Below are positions 9,749 through 19,567 of a stretch of DNA of 64,000 bases, one piece after another (position 1 is the first letter of the stretch; each line of letters starts with the position of its first letter). The notes below the pieces were generated by a model. It was not told where the DNA came from, searched no databases, and was given only the letters and a program-made list of their open reading frames with translations. The stretch is from assembly GCA_963720565.1 (NCBI GenBank), contig CAVRFW010000005.1:224001-288000 (forward strand), written 5' to 3'. The stretch comes from Candidatus Bathyarchaeota archaeon. Its GTDB lineage: Archaea; Thermoproteota; Bathyarchaeia; Bathyarchaeales; Bathycorpusculaceae. The position numbers and the translations under genes were made by a program.

Positions 9749-10129
9749 AGAAGAAGAATCGGTAACGGCTGATTTATCCATTTTGCTGTGCTCGCCTTGG
9801 TTTGCATTCAAAATGAACTACCCCTGTTTATTAATATCTGAAGGGCGAATTTAATTCTTCAACACCGTAAACAATTGATTGTTTTCCAAGAATCTGTTGC
9901 AACTTGACTGACAAAAGAAAAGACTATTCCAAACTGGAAAATACTAAGAGGCTGTCAAAACTGGTTTTAGCAAGCACAAAGCGGGCGAACGGTTGCCGGC
10001 AATGCAACCGAGGTTGTTTCATTACTAAGAACTGCGATTCCGAATTGTGTTTTGAGAAGAAGACAACAGAAAGACATCGAGTTTCCATGACTTTTTCTGC
10101 TGGACTTCGACATTTGACGAATAATAATG

Positions 10130-10181
10130 TTTAAACCATCGCAGACTAAGCTACACTAACACCGAGTTCTATGTGGAGGTG
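10130..10181 (+). promoter_or_regulatory. TATA-like box and Shine-Dalgarno of the acidic micropeptide gene
   Basis: TTTAAA at 10130-10135; GGAGGTG at 10175-10181, 8 nt before ATG 10190. Confidence 0.6.
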
Positions 10182-10189
10182 GAAAAAAA

Positions 10190-10255
10190 ATGGTGTTTGA
10201 AGAAGAAGAATGGGAAGAGAGTGAAGATGAAGAGTGGGAAGAAGAAGAATGGTAG
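10190..10255 (+). CDS. 21-aa acidic Trp-containing micropeptide MVFEEEEWEESEDEEWEEEEW
   Basis: Strong SD, ATG, 21 codons, TAG, downstream T-tract; too short for the ORF track. Confidence 0.7.
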   Translation: MVFEEEEWEESEDEEWEEEEW

Positions 10256-10261
10256 TTGACT

Positions 10262-10293
10262 TTGCGCAATAGCGTTTTTTTGCGTTTTTCTTT
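10262..10293 (+). terminator. Oligo-T archaeal terminator after the micropeptide
   Basis: T7 run at 10275-10281 plus further T runs, preceded by TTGCGCAA. Confidence 0.5.
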
Positions 10294-10390
10294 ATCAAGT
10301 ATTTGCTGCTTGTTTTAGCGTCATTTTTGGGTTGTTTTCAGCGTCCATGTTTATAACCAAGCTATTTTCATTATTGAGGTTGAGTTTGTC

Positions 10391-12178
10391 ATGACCCGTA
10401 TTGCTGTATTGGATGCCGACAGGTGCAAAGTGAAGAAGTGTGACCACCCTTGCGTCAGTTTCTGCCCGATGGTTCGAAGCCGAGTGGAAGCAATACGAGT
10501 TGAAGGAGGCAAAGCTGTTATCTCGGAAATGCTTTGCAGCGGTTGTGGCATCTGTGTCAAAAAATGTCCTTTCAAGGCCATCAGCATCGTGAACTTACCT
10601 GATGAATTGGAAAAGGATTGCAGTCACCGTTTTGGACAGAACGCTTTCAAGCTTTTCAGGTTGCCCACGCCTTCACCAGGAACAGTCTTAGGCTTGCTGG
10701 GGCAGAATGGCATAGGCAAAACTACCACCCTCAAAATTCTTTCAGGCGAATACAAGCCCAACTTGGGAGAACATGACAACCCCCCTCAATGGGACGAGAT
10801 AGTCCAGTACTTCAGAGGCTCATCGCTTCAAGACTATTTCCTCAAAATGAGTCAGAACAACCTCAAAATCGCCCATAAACCCCAATATGTCGACAAAATT
10901 CCAAAAGCAGTTTCAGGCAAAGTGGGTGATCTCCTCGAAAAAGTGGATGAGAGACACCTAGCAGACAAACTCATTCTCGATCTTGAACTCTCAACGGTCC
11001 TAGACCGCACCTTAGACGTGCTTAGCGGAGGAGAGCTACAGCGCGTGGCGGTCGCCGCTGCCCTGTGCCGAGAGGCAGACGTATACCTTTTCGACGAACC
11101 GTCCAGCTACTTAGATGTGAAGCAACGACTACAAGTTGCAAAAGCTATTCGAAGCTTGAAGGATTACCAAAAAACAATAATCGTTGCAGAACACGACCTG
11201 GCCATAATCGATTACATGTCAGATCAAATATGTGTCTTCTACGGAGAACCAGCCGTATACGGGGTCGTTAGTCATGTCCACGGCGTTCGAACAGGCATAA
11301 ACATTTACCTTCAAGGATACATTCCCGACGAAAACATAATGTTCCGAAAAGAACCCATTGTTTTCCACGAAAAGCCTCCAGTTGTAACAGCAAGCACAGG
11401 CGAAACCCTGCTAAAATGGAGCCAGATGGAAAAAACGTTCAAAGGCTTCAAGCTCGCCGTCAAACAAGGAGAGATAAAACGTAGCGAAATAATTGGGATT
11501 TTGGGTCCCAACGGGATTGGAAAAACCACTTTCGTAAAGATACTTGCAGGAATCGAAAAATCCGACGAGGAGCAGCAAATTGGAGAGTTATCTGTAAGTT
11601 ACAAACCCCAATACATAGCAGCAGATTACGACGGTACCGTCCAGGAACTGCTCATGAGCGTTGCCAAAGAGAACTATGCATCAAGCTGGTACAAAACCGA
11701 AATTCTCAATCCGCTGAAGGTCAACACTCTTCTAGACAGAAATGTGATGGAGCTCAGCGGCGGAGAACTGCAAAAAATTGCGATAGCAGCGTGCCTAAGC
11801 CGCAAAGCAGACTTGTTCCTGCTTGATGAACCAAGCGCTTACTTAGATGTTGAGGAAAGACTGAACATGGCGAAAACAATTCGACGCGTGGTTGAAGCAC
11901 ATGGTGTAACCGCCTTCGTAGTTGAACATGACGTTGTAACTCAGGACTTCATCGCTGACAGCCTCATGGTTTTCAGCGGAGAACCAGGAATAAAAGGCGA
12001 AGCGAATCCTCCTGTGAGTCTGAGGAAAGGCATGAACTTTTTCCTTAAGGAAATGAATGTTACTTTCCGAAGAGATACAGCTACCAGACGCCCCAGAGTT
12101 AACAAAGAAAACTCAAAAATGGACATTTTTCAAAAAGAGATTGGCGAATACTACTACACACGCCTCAGCCAAAAATAA
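10391..12178 (+). CDS. rli: Ribosome recycling ATPase ABCE1/RLI
   Basis: N-terminal Fe-S domain (CSGCGICVKKCPF), two ABC cassettes (GQNGIGKTT, GPNGIGKTT, LSGGELQ). Confidence 0.98.
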   Translation: MTRIAVLDADRCKVKKCDHPCVSFCPMVRSRVEAIRVEGGKAVISEMLCSGCGICVKKCPFKAISIVNLPDELEKDCSHRFGQNAFKLFRLPTPSPGTVLGLLGQNGIGKTTTLKILSGEYKPNLGEHDNPPQWDEIVQYFRGSSLQDYFLKMSQNNLKIAHKPQYVDKIPKAVSGKVGDLLEKVDERHLADKLILDLELSTVLDRTLDVLSGGELQRVAVAAALCREADVYLFDEPSSYLDVKQRLQVAKAIRSLKDYQKTIIVAEHDLAIIDYMSDQICVFYGEPAVYGVVSHVHGVRTGINIYLQGYIPDENIMFRKEPIVFHEKPPVVTASTGETLLKWSQMEKTFKGFKLAVKQGEIKRSEIIGILGPNGIGKTTFVKILAGIEKSDEEQQIGELSVSYKPQYIAADYDGTVQELLMSVAKENYASSWYKTEILNPLKVNTLLDRNVMELSGGELQKIAIAACLSRKADLFLLDEPSAYLDVEERLNMAKTIRRVVEAHGVTAFVVEHDVVTQDFIADSLMVFSGEPGIKGEANPPVSLRKGMNFFLKEMNVTFRRDTATRRPRVNKENSKMDIFQKEIGEYYYTRLSQK

Positions 12179-12299
12179 AAATTTGCCATTTCTACAGTCG
12201 CAGCCATCTTCTAGAAGTGCAGTTAACTATAAGAAATAGGCACTAATATATCGTAGGCGAACCAAAGATGAGAAAGGACTAAACTGGTGGAAGCTATAA

Positions 12300-13826
12300 G
12301 TGGCACAAGCAACCTTCGAGGAAATAAGCGCATCCGACTTCTTCTACCGAAACCGCGACATCGCCGGCTTCACCAATCCATCAAGAGCCATATTCGCCGC
12401 TATACGCGAGCTAGTAGAGAATTCTCTAGACGCAGCAGAAAGCCAAAGAATTCCGCCAGATATCTACGTGCGCCTATCTTTTGAGGGTGAAGCAACCAAA
12501 GACACTCAAATTTACAAACTCCGAGTTGAAGATAATGGTTCAGGAATCCAGCCCAGATTCATTCCGTCAGCTTTCGGACAGGTTCTTTACGGTTCCAAGT
12601 ACAAACTGAAGCAGATGCGGGGAACCTTCGGCTTAGGCGGAAAAATGGCCGTCTTATACGGGCAGATAACGACGCATCAGGCTGCATTTGTTACATCCAG
12701 CACAGGTCAAGCCAAGGTTTACACGTTCAAATTAATGATTGACATTCAACGTAACCGTCCCATAATCCTCGACAGGAAGGTACTCATAAACAAGGAGCAA
12801 TGGCGCGGAACCATAGTGGAATTCACGCTTGAAGGCGACTATCTGCGCGCCATGCCAAAGATTTTGGAGTATTTCAAGCAGACCGCCATGGTGAACCCTT
12901 ACGCGAATCTCACATTTGTAGACCCAAAAGGTAGACTCTACAAGTTTGTTAGAGCAACAACAGAAATGCCTGCACCACCTAAGGAAACACTGCCACACCC
13001 CTACGGTGTGGACGTTGAACTCCTTCAACGACTCATCCAGATAACTCCTTACAAGACTATGGCTGAATTCTTGAAGCACCATTTTCACAGAGTAGGCGAG
13101 ATAACAGCGCAGAAATTCCTAGCGTTCAGCGAGTTAAGTCCATCAAAAAATCCAAAGAAACTTGCTCACGAAGAAATCGTCAGACTAATGCAAAACCTGA
13201 AAAAGTATAAAGAGTTTTTGCCCCCTGACGCAAGTTGCCTCTCTCCTCTTGGCGAAGACCTACTCCGGGCAGGAATAACGAAGGAGTTGAACCCCGAGTA
13301 CTTGGTTGTTCATCAACGCAAACCCTCAACCTACGCTGGTCATCCCTTCATAATAGAGGTAGGCATAGCCTACGGGGGAGAAATTCCAAAGAGAGGCAGC
13401 TTTGTCATTTATCGCTTTGCCAACAGAATCCCTCTGCTTTACGATGAGGCAAGCGATGTTTCCTTTAGAGTAATAACTGCAATGAACTGGAGAAGGTACA
13501 AGGTTTCCCCTGACATGCCCATCGCCATTGTTGTTCACATTTGCAGCACAAAAGTCCCATACAAGACCGTGGGCAAAGAGTTTATCGCTGACAGACCGGA
13601 AGTCAGGCGTGAAATAGCCAACGAGTTGCGCGAAGTCGCCCGTCAGCTTCAACACTTTCTATCCAAGCGTGAACACGTTGACAAGGAAAGGAAACGACTC
13701 AGCATTTTTGCCAAGTACTTGCCTAAAATCGCGCAATTTTCATCCATGCTTGCCGGGAAAGATCGCCTTCCCGATGTTGACAAATTAATCAAGAGCGTGC
13801 AAAAATATGGAGCAGAAGAAAAGTAA
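12300..13826 (+). CDS. top6B: DNA topoisomerase VI subunit B
   Basis: ELVENSLDA, VEDNGSG, RGTFGLGGK, RFANRIPLLYD. Confidence 0.97.
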   Translation: MAQATFEEISASDFFYRNRDIAGFTNPSRAIFAAIRELVENSLDAAESQRIPPDIYVRLSFEGEATKDTQIYKLRVEDNGSGIQPRFIPSAFGQVLYGSKYKLKQMRGTFGLGGKMAVLYGQITTHQAAFVTSSTGQAKVYTFKLMIDIQRNRPIILDRKVLINKEQWRGTIVEFTLEGDYLRAMPKILEYFKQTAMVNPYANLTFVDPKGRLYKFVRATTEMPAPPKETLPHPYGVDVELLQRLIQITPYKTMAEFLKHHFHRVGEITAQKFLAFSELSPSKNPKKLAHEEIVRLMQNLKKYKEFLPPDASCLSPLGEDLLRAGITKELNPEYLVVHQRKPSTYAGHPFIIEVGIAYGGEIPKRGSFVIYRFANRIPLLYDEASDVSFRVITAMNWRRYKVSPDMPIAIVVHICSTKVPYKTVGKEFIADRPEVRREIANELREVARQLQHFLSKREHVDKERKRLSIFAKYLPKIAQFSSMLAGKDRLPDVDKLIKSVQKYGAEEK

Positions 13827-14901
13827 GTCTCGCGTAGCCGAAAAGAAGAGCGAAGTTGCTAGTGGCTTAAAGGATTTCGGCACAAAAATCTACAACCAAC
13901 TGGAAAGTGGTATCTTCCCCACGATCAACATGCCGAGCCGTTCAACGGAAAACATAAACTATGATTCGCACCTTCGCCAATACATCCTCGGCGAAAGAAG
14001 CGTCAGCAGAAGCGCACGCAACATTCGCCATGTAAAGCCCTTTACGCAGTTAGTTTGGGCAGCTATGTTCTCAAACGAGCTTACAACTCAAAGAAAAACC
14101 TCAACCCTCAGGGATGTTTACTATTCGGCACAAGCGTACGAGATGACATTCAAAGACCAGCAAGAATCCAACAACATAATCACCGATTTGGAAACCGCAA
14201 CTGGCTACTCTCGGGAAGACTTCAACATATTTCCCGAAGAGCGTTCAGCAGTGTTTGGCGATCTCACAATAGAATACACAGTTCCAGGTTACGAGGGCAA
14301 AACACTCAATTTAACATCGCACCCTGACGGTGTGCTAATCGGTCCAGCCCTGACTTCATCCGAGTTCGCAAACACTACAGCCGACAAGGTTATAGCCATA
14401 GAGAAAGGTGGTCTGTTCACAAGATTCATCGAAGAAAATGTTCATACTAAGCACAATTCTCTTATGGTTTTGACGGGTGGTCAAGCTCCAAGACAAACAA
14501 GACACTTCATTAGGCGATTGCATGACGAGCTAAATCTGCCAGTGTATATCTTCACAGACGGCGATCCATGGGGTATGCACATAGCCCAAGTCATAATAGC
14601 TGGTTCCGCTAATGCTGCGCACCTGCGGGAATTGAATACGCCCGACGCAGTCTGGAGCGGAGTATGGGCAACAGACATTGTCAACTACAAATTGCCGACT
14701 GATCCACTGGACGAAGTAGACATAAAGCGCCTTTACGAGTTACAGAGAGATCCTCGATACAAAGAAGACCCGTTATGGCAAAGGGAGATAAAGACGTTTT
14801 TGAAGATTAAGCGCAAGGCAGAACAAGAGGCTTTCAGCCGCTACGGTTTAACCTACATAGTCGACGAATACCTGCCAACAAAACTGAAAGAAACTAGTTA
14901 G
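13807..14901 (+). CDS. top6A: DNA topoisomerase VI subunit A
   Basis: TLRDVYY catalytic Tyr, AIEK, FTDGDPWG, KAEQEA. Confidence 0.97.
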   Translation: MEQKKSKSRVAEKKSEVASGLKDFGTKIYNQLESGIFPTINMPSRSTENINYDSHLRQYILGERSVSRSARNIRHVKPFTQLVWAAMFSNELTTQRKTSTLRDVYYSAQAYEMTFKDQQESNNIITDLETATGYSREDFNIFPEERSAVFGDLTIEYTVPGYEGKTLNLTSHPDGVLIGPALTSSEFANTTADKVIAIEKGGLFTRFIEENVHTKHNSLMVLTGGQAPRQTRHFIRRLHDELNLPVYIFTDGDPWGMHIAQVIIAGSANAAHLRELNTPDAVWSGVWATDIVNYKLPTDPLDEVDIKRLYELQRDPRYKEDPLWQREIKTFLKIKRKAEQEAFSRYGLTYIVDEYLPTKLKETS

Positions 14902-14973
14902 ATAGCGAAATCTAAAATAACTCTGTGTGTCTTAAGTAGGAACCACGACTGAAAAAATACTGAAGGAATAATT

Positions 14974-15174
14974 ATGAGCGAAGGAGATACATTCTGGATT
15001 TCATTGTCAGAGAAGTCCTTCGGACTTCTACTTACTATTATCGGCGCGTTATTACTCTATTTTACAATCTCAAGCACAACTGCCTTGGCAGGGTTCACTG
15101 TGCTGTTTGGCTTCCTGAGTATCGTACTTTTGGCAATCGGCTTATTCCTGTTGCTTGTCAAACCACCAGAATAG
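14974..15174 (+). CDS. Small two-helix membrane protein
   Basis: Two hydrophobic stretches; upstream GAAGG; normal gene spacing. Confidence 0.7.
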   Translation: MSEGDTFWISLSEKSFGLLLTIIGALLLYFTISSTTALAGFTVLFGFLSIVLLAIGLFLLLVKPPE

Positions 15175-15193
15175 CCATTTACCCTTTTACGGC

Positions 15194-15467
15194 TTACTCC
15201 CTTCTCTCGACCATTACACTACAGTTGGTGGCAAGTGCGGCAACAACGCCGACAGAAGCTGGGATTTCAAGAAGCACCTTTCCGGCGTCATCTTTGACTA
15301 TAACCCTGGTCGCACTACCCTCGTGTAGCGGTTCCTTAACGCGGTTGACCAAGTTGTTGGTCGAGACTGCATATTCTTCTATAGTTATTTTGAGACTTTT
15401 GCGCCACACACAGGGCCAAAAATCTCCTTCTTTTAGCGAAGTTCCAGCATTTAGTGCAGTAAGGCGT
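15194..15467 (-). pseudogene. Decayed zinc-ribbon + DUF4342 gene
   Basis: ACG instead of ATG; PYCTKC, GTSLKEGD and PVCGAKV lie in different frames; DUF4342-like LVNRVKE..HEG...LEIPASVGVV...CSVMVERRE with a shortened hydrophobic segment. Confidence 0.6.
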
Positions 15468-15601
15468 GTTTTCCGCCTAAAATTTGAAATAAATAGTCGA
15501 GCACTTGCGAACCCTCGCTTAATCTTGCTGAGTGTTTATTAAGTGAGTCGCACTTACTTTTTGGACAGAGTCACGCTTGTTAAACTGCCAAAAATGGAGA
15601 T

Positions 15602-17395
15602 ATGCTTCACATGCCCATTCGCCAGCCCATAGTATGTGTACTCGGTCACGTGGATACTGGCAAGACTCTACTTCTTGATAAAATTCGCAAAACAAGCGTT
15701 CAAGCTCGAGAAGCAGGCGGCATGACACAGCATATAGGTGCCAGTTTCTTCCCAGTCGAAACCCTTAAGCAGCTTATCGGTCCGTTGCTTTCCTCACTTA
15801 AAGGCGACATCGAGATTCCGGGCTTGCTAATCGTGGATACACCAGGACATGAGGCGTTCACGAATCTGCGAAGAAGAGGAGGAAGCGTCGCAGACATAGC
15901 CATTCTCGTAGTCGACCTGTTGAAGGGCATCGAAGCCCAGACATACGAGTGTATAGAGATCCTGAAAACTCGCAAGACACCCTTCATCGTAGCGGTAAAC
16001 AAGATCGACCGCATTCCCGGCTGGAACCCCCACTCCTCAACGCCTTTCATGGCTTCTTATGCCATGCAGGATCCAAACGTCCGAGAGAGTTTGGACAATA
16101 AACTGTATGAAATCATGGGTATCTTTAGTCGCTCTGGTTTTAGGACTGACCGCTTCGACCACATAAAAGACTTCACTTCAACTGTTGCATTGGTTCCGAC
16201 CAGCGCAAAAACAGGGGAAGGATTGGCTGAACTTTTGATGGTTCTGGTTGGATTGACGCAGCAGTACCTTAGGAAGCAGTTGCAGACAACTGAGGGTGCG
16301 GCTAAAGGTTCAGTTCTCGAAGTTAAGGAAGAACCGGGTTTAGGTTTGACTTTGAACACCATAATTTACGATGGCACTTTGCAGAAGGATGACTTAATTG
16401 TGGTGGGCGGTAGGGAAAAACCAATTGTCACAAGCATACGAGCGATTTTGGTTCCAAAACCCCTAGATGAGATTAGAGATCCACGGGACAGGTTCAGTTC
16501 CGTTGATTCTGTTTTTGCAGCTGCAGGTGTAAAGATTGTTGCTTCCGGCTTAGAGGGAGCCCTTGCAGGTGCTCCGTTATACGCTGTTGAACCAGGAAGT
16601 ACACCTGAGAAGTATGCAAAACTCGTTACTGATGAGATTAAGAAGATCAGAATTGCCACCGAGCTTGAGGGTGTGGTATTGAAAGCTGATACGTTAGGGT
16701 CTTTGGAGGCAATTGCTGAGATACTGCGAAAGAACAATGTGCAAGTTAGACTTGCGGATGTGGGCGACGTTTCCAAACGCGACATAATTGAAGCGTCTGT
16801 GGTAAAATCACGTGAACCACTAGTGGGCGTTGTTTTGGCTTTCGGAGTTAGAATTTTGCCTGATGCGGAAGAAGAAGCGGCAGCCAGCGACGTCAAGATT
16901 TTCAAGGAACCTATTATCTACAATCTAATCGATAAATATCTAGAATGGCAAAGATCGAAACGGGAAGCAAGCCTAGAGCAGGAATTTGAAAAGCTCGTCA
17001 AGCCCGGGAAAGTTCTCGTTATGGCCGGTTTTGTCTTCCGAAGAGGAAAACCCGCAATTTTCGGTGTGGAAATCTTGGGAGGACAGCTTAGACCAAAACT
17101 CAGTCTGGTCAGAGCAGATGGAGGCGAGGACATTGGTGAGGTACAGCAAATTCAGGATAAAGGCAAAGCAGTGTCTGAAGCCAAGTTGGGTATGCAAGTC
17201 GCAGTGTCAATGGAGAAACCTATCGTTGGGAGACACGTTTTTGAGAAGGACACACTGTACGTGAAGGTGCCAGAATCTGATGTACGGATCTTAATGTCAA
17301 CTCATTTAGAAAAATTGACCGAGGATGAGCAGGAAGTTCTAAAAGAGTATATTGCGATTATGCGTAAGAAGGTTCCTTTCTGGGGCGCATTCTAG
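15602..17395 (+). CDS. infB: Translation initiation factor aIF5B (IF-2)
   Basis: GHVDTGKT, REAGGMTQHIGA, DTPGHEAF, NKID, KADTLGSLEA. Confidence 0.98.
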   Translation: MLHMPIRQPIVCVLGHVDTGKTLLLDKIRKTSVQAREAGGMTQHIGASFFPVETLKQLIGPLLSSLKGDIEIPGLLIVDTPGHEAFTNLRRRGGSVADIAILVVDLLKGIEAQTYECIEILKTRKTPFIVAVNKIDRIPGWNPHSSTPFMASYAMQDPNVRESLDNKLYEIMGIFSRSGFRTDRFDHIKDFTSTVALVPTSAKTGEGLAELLMVLVGLTQQYLRKQLQTTEGAAKGSVLEVKEEPGLGLTLNTIIYDGTLQKDDLIVVGGREKPIVTSIRAILVPKPLDEIRDPRDRFSSVDSVFAAAGVKIVASGLEGALAGAPLYAVEPGSTPEKYAKLVTDEIKKIRIATELEGVVLKADTLGSLEAIAEILRKNNVQVRLADVGDVSKRDIIEASVVKSREPLVGVVLAFGVRILPDAEEEAAASDVKIFKEPIIYNLIDKYLEWQRSKREASLEQEFEKLVKPGKVLVMAGFVFRRGKPAIFGVEILGGQLRPKLSLVRADGGEDIGEVQQIQDKGKAVSEAKLGMQVAVSMEKPIVGRHVFEKDTLYVKVPESDVRILMSTHLEKLTEDEQEVLKEYIAIMRKKVPFWGAF

Positions 17396-17432
17396 AAGAA
17401 TTAAAACTGGAAAAAAGATGTTGGATTGAGGT

Positions 17433-18365
17433 CTATTCAAATTCTATTGTTGAGGGCGGTTTGTCGGTTATGTCATACAGACATCTGACAACTGTGGGAA
17501 TTTCCTGAGTAATTCTCGCCGCAATTTTCATTAGTGTTTCATAAGGCACTTGAGCAGCTTTGGCGGTTACAGCAGCTTCCGATTCAACGATTCTGACTGT
17601 GATTATGTTTCCGTAGAGCCTCTTATCATCTTTAATTCCTGTTGCTCTGTCATTGTGGAGAACAGCGAAGTTTTGGAAAGTTCCTAGTTGTCTGGTTTCT
17701 TCTTCAACGATTTGTGTGGCTTTGCGTACAATAGCGATTTTTTCAGGGGTGACTTCGCCCAGAACTCTCAGCGAAAGAGCTGGCCCAGGGAAAGGCATTC
17801 TTTCCGAGATTTCCGGCGGTAATCCTAGCTGGCGACCTACTTTTCTAACATCTGGCTTGAATAACTCTCTTAGAGGTTCAAGGATTTTGTAGCCATAATT
17901 TTCGGGATTGATGCCGATTTGTGAAAGCACATTGTGTTGGGATTTTATCCCCTTAACCGTTTCAATTACATCGGCTTTTATTGTTCCTTGGACAATGCAG
18001 GTGATTTTTTCTTCTTCAGCTGCTCTCCCTAAGGTACTATAAAATTGTTCTCGAAAAGCCTTCCTTTTTTCTTCAGCATCTGTCTTCCCTTTGAAGACAG
18101 CGAAGAATCCCTCCTTAGCATCAATTAACCTGGCTTTTACGCCGAAACTCTTTAACACCCTCATTACAAATTCAGGCTCACCTTCTCTTCTGAGTCCGTC
18201 ATCTATGAAGACAGCAACGAGTTTTTCGCCTACCGCCTTGTGGACAAGGTAGGTTGCGACTGTGCTGTCTACCCCGCCTGAACAAGCAGAGATAACCCTG
18301 CTTTCACCGACGGTCTTTCTAATTTCTTCAAGCGAATTTTCAATAAACATCTCAGCGTCAAACAA
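17433..18365 (-). CDS. guaAB: GMP synthase ATP-pyrophosphatase subunit B
   Basis: SGGVDS, QGTI..D, IKSQHNV, PFPGPAL, YDITDKPPSTIEFE. Confidence 0.95.
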   Translation of the reverse strand: MFDAEMFIENSLEEIRKTVGESRVISACSGGVDSTVATYLVHKAVGEKLVAVFIDDGLRREGEPEFVMRVLKSFGVKARLIDAKEGFFAVFKGKTDAEEKRKAFREQFYSTLGRAAEEEKITCIVQGTIKADVIETVKGIKSQHNVLSQIGINPENYGYKILEPLRELFKPDVRKVGRQLGLPPEISERMPFPGPALSLRVLGEVTPEKIAIVRKATQIVEEETRQLGTFQNFAVLHNDRATGIKDDKRLYGNIITVRIVESEAAVTAKAAQVPYETLMKIAARITQEIPTVVRCLYDITDKPPSTIEFE

Positions 18366-18477
18366 TGTTTTGTTTCCTCCGTGACTTCCATTCTTAGATA
18401 ATACTCACTATTCTCAGTCTCTAGCTTTTTTTACCTTTCCGTTTCAAATCATTTCTGAAAAACAGGATGAGAGATCC

Positions 18478-18777
18478 TTAACCTCCACCAACCGGAGGAA
18501 GAATTGCCAAAACATCACCCTCTTCTAATATAGTCTCTAACCCATTCTCCGTTGAAGCACTTTTGCCGTTAACAAGAAACTGCAGAAAACTCCTGACTTG
18601 CCCTGTCTCACCGTCATAAACATACTCGTGAAAGTCTCTGCCGTACTTCTTATTGAGTGTTCTAAGGACTACGTCTATGGTTACCTTTTTATCTTCAGGG
18701 AACTCGATGTTTTCCTCTCTCGTGCCTGTTATTTCCCTAAGGCTGGTGAAGAACCGAACAACAATCTGCAACTTCAC
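18478..18777 (-). CDS. MoaD/SAMP ubiquitin-like protein
   Basis: Beta-grasp pattern, FLVNG, EGDVLAILPPVGGG with C-terminal GG. Confidence 0.92.
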   Translation of the reverse strand: MKLQIVVRFFTSLREITGTREENIEFPEDKKVTIDVVLRTLNKKYGRDFHEYVYDGETGQVRSFLQFLVNGKSASTENGLETILEEGDVLAILPPVGGG

Positions 18778-19069
18778 ACACCATTGGTTACCAGATTATG
18801 AATGTGAGATTAAATCGTTGCGCATTTTTCTCCTGTTTGTTTATCTGTCATTGTAATTTCCTCAATGAACGCGCTTCTAACTACAGGACAATCTAAAATA
18901 GATCCTGTTTTGTAATTTGTTAACATAGGCTGTTTTTTCGAAAATTTGGGTGCTCCCATTCATACAAAATGTTTATTCTCCCAAGATTACTGCGAATAAA
19001 TCCGAATTTTGTCTTTCCGGAGAGGAAAATCTAAATGTGAGAGCGCAATTGCATATAGCCCGTTGAGAG

Positions 19070-19459
19070 TTGACCGACATGACTGAAAAAGTTAGAGAAG
19101 ATCCAGTGAAGATGCATAAAGACGCGAACAACCTTATGGATTCAGGAAAATACTCAGAGGCGCAAGATCTTTTTCTGCGAACTGCAGAACTGTATCGGAA
19201 AGCCCAAAACTATTTCGACTCAGCAACAATGCTATACAAGGCGGGCGAATGCAGCTTCGCACTGAAAGAGTACGAGAAAGCAATAGAGCACTTCACGAAG
19301 TCAGCCGAGCTTTGTTTGGCAAAAGGATTTGACAGATTCGGTTTAAGTGCTCTGGATTACGCAAGAGACTGTCAGAAGGCTTTGGGAAACACAGCGGAAA
19401 TCGCGGAACTAGACAAGAAAATAAAAGAACTTAAAGCCAAGATAGACAGCGCTTTCTAA
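19070..19459 (+). CDS. TPR/alpha-SNAP-like helical repeat protein
   Basis: Repeats such as YSEAQDLFLRTAELY, YKAGEC...YEKAIEHFTKSAEL. Confidence 0.75.
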   Translation: MTDMTEKVREDPVKMHKDANNLMDSGKYSEAQDLFLRTAELYRKAQNYFDSATMLYKAGECSFALKEYEKAIEHFTKSAELCLAKGFDRFGLSALDYARDCQKALGNTAEIAELDKKIKELKAKIDSAF

Positions 19460-19567
19460 ACAACCTGCCCTGCAATCGGTTTCATCTTTTTTCCACTTCA
19501 CATCAGCGCAGGAACTGTTTAATAAACAACCAGACTATCATTTGCCTAGAAGTCTCTGGAGCAGATA

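Noticed and set aside
9904..10134. 76-aa ORF with Cys residues
   Set aside because: TTG start, no SD, no recognisable family; overlaps the micropeptide promoter
10199..10250. GAA microsatellite or CRISPR-like repeat
   Set aside because: No spacers; the repeats are in-frame Glu codons interrupted by TGG, GAG and GAT
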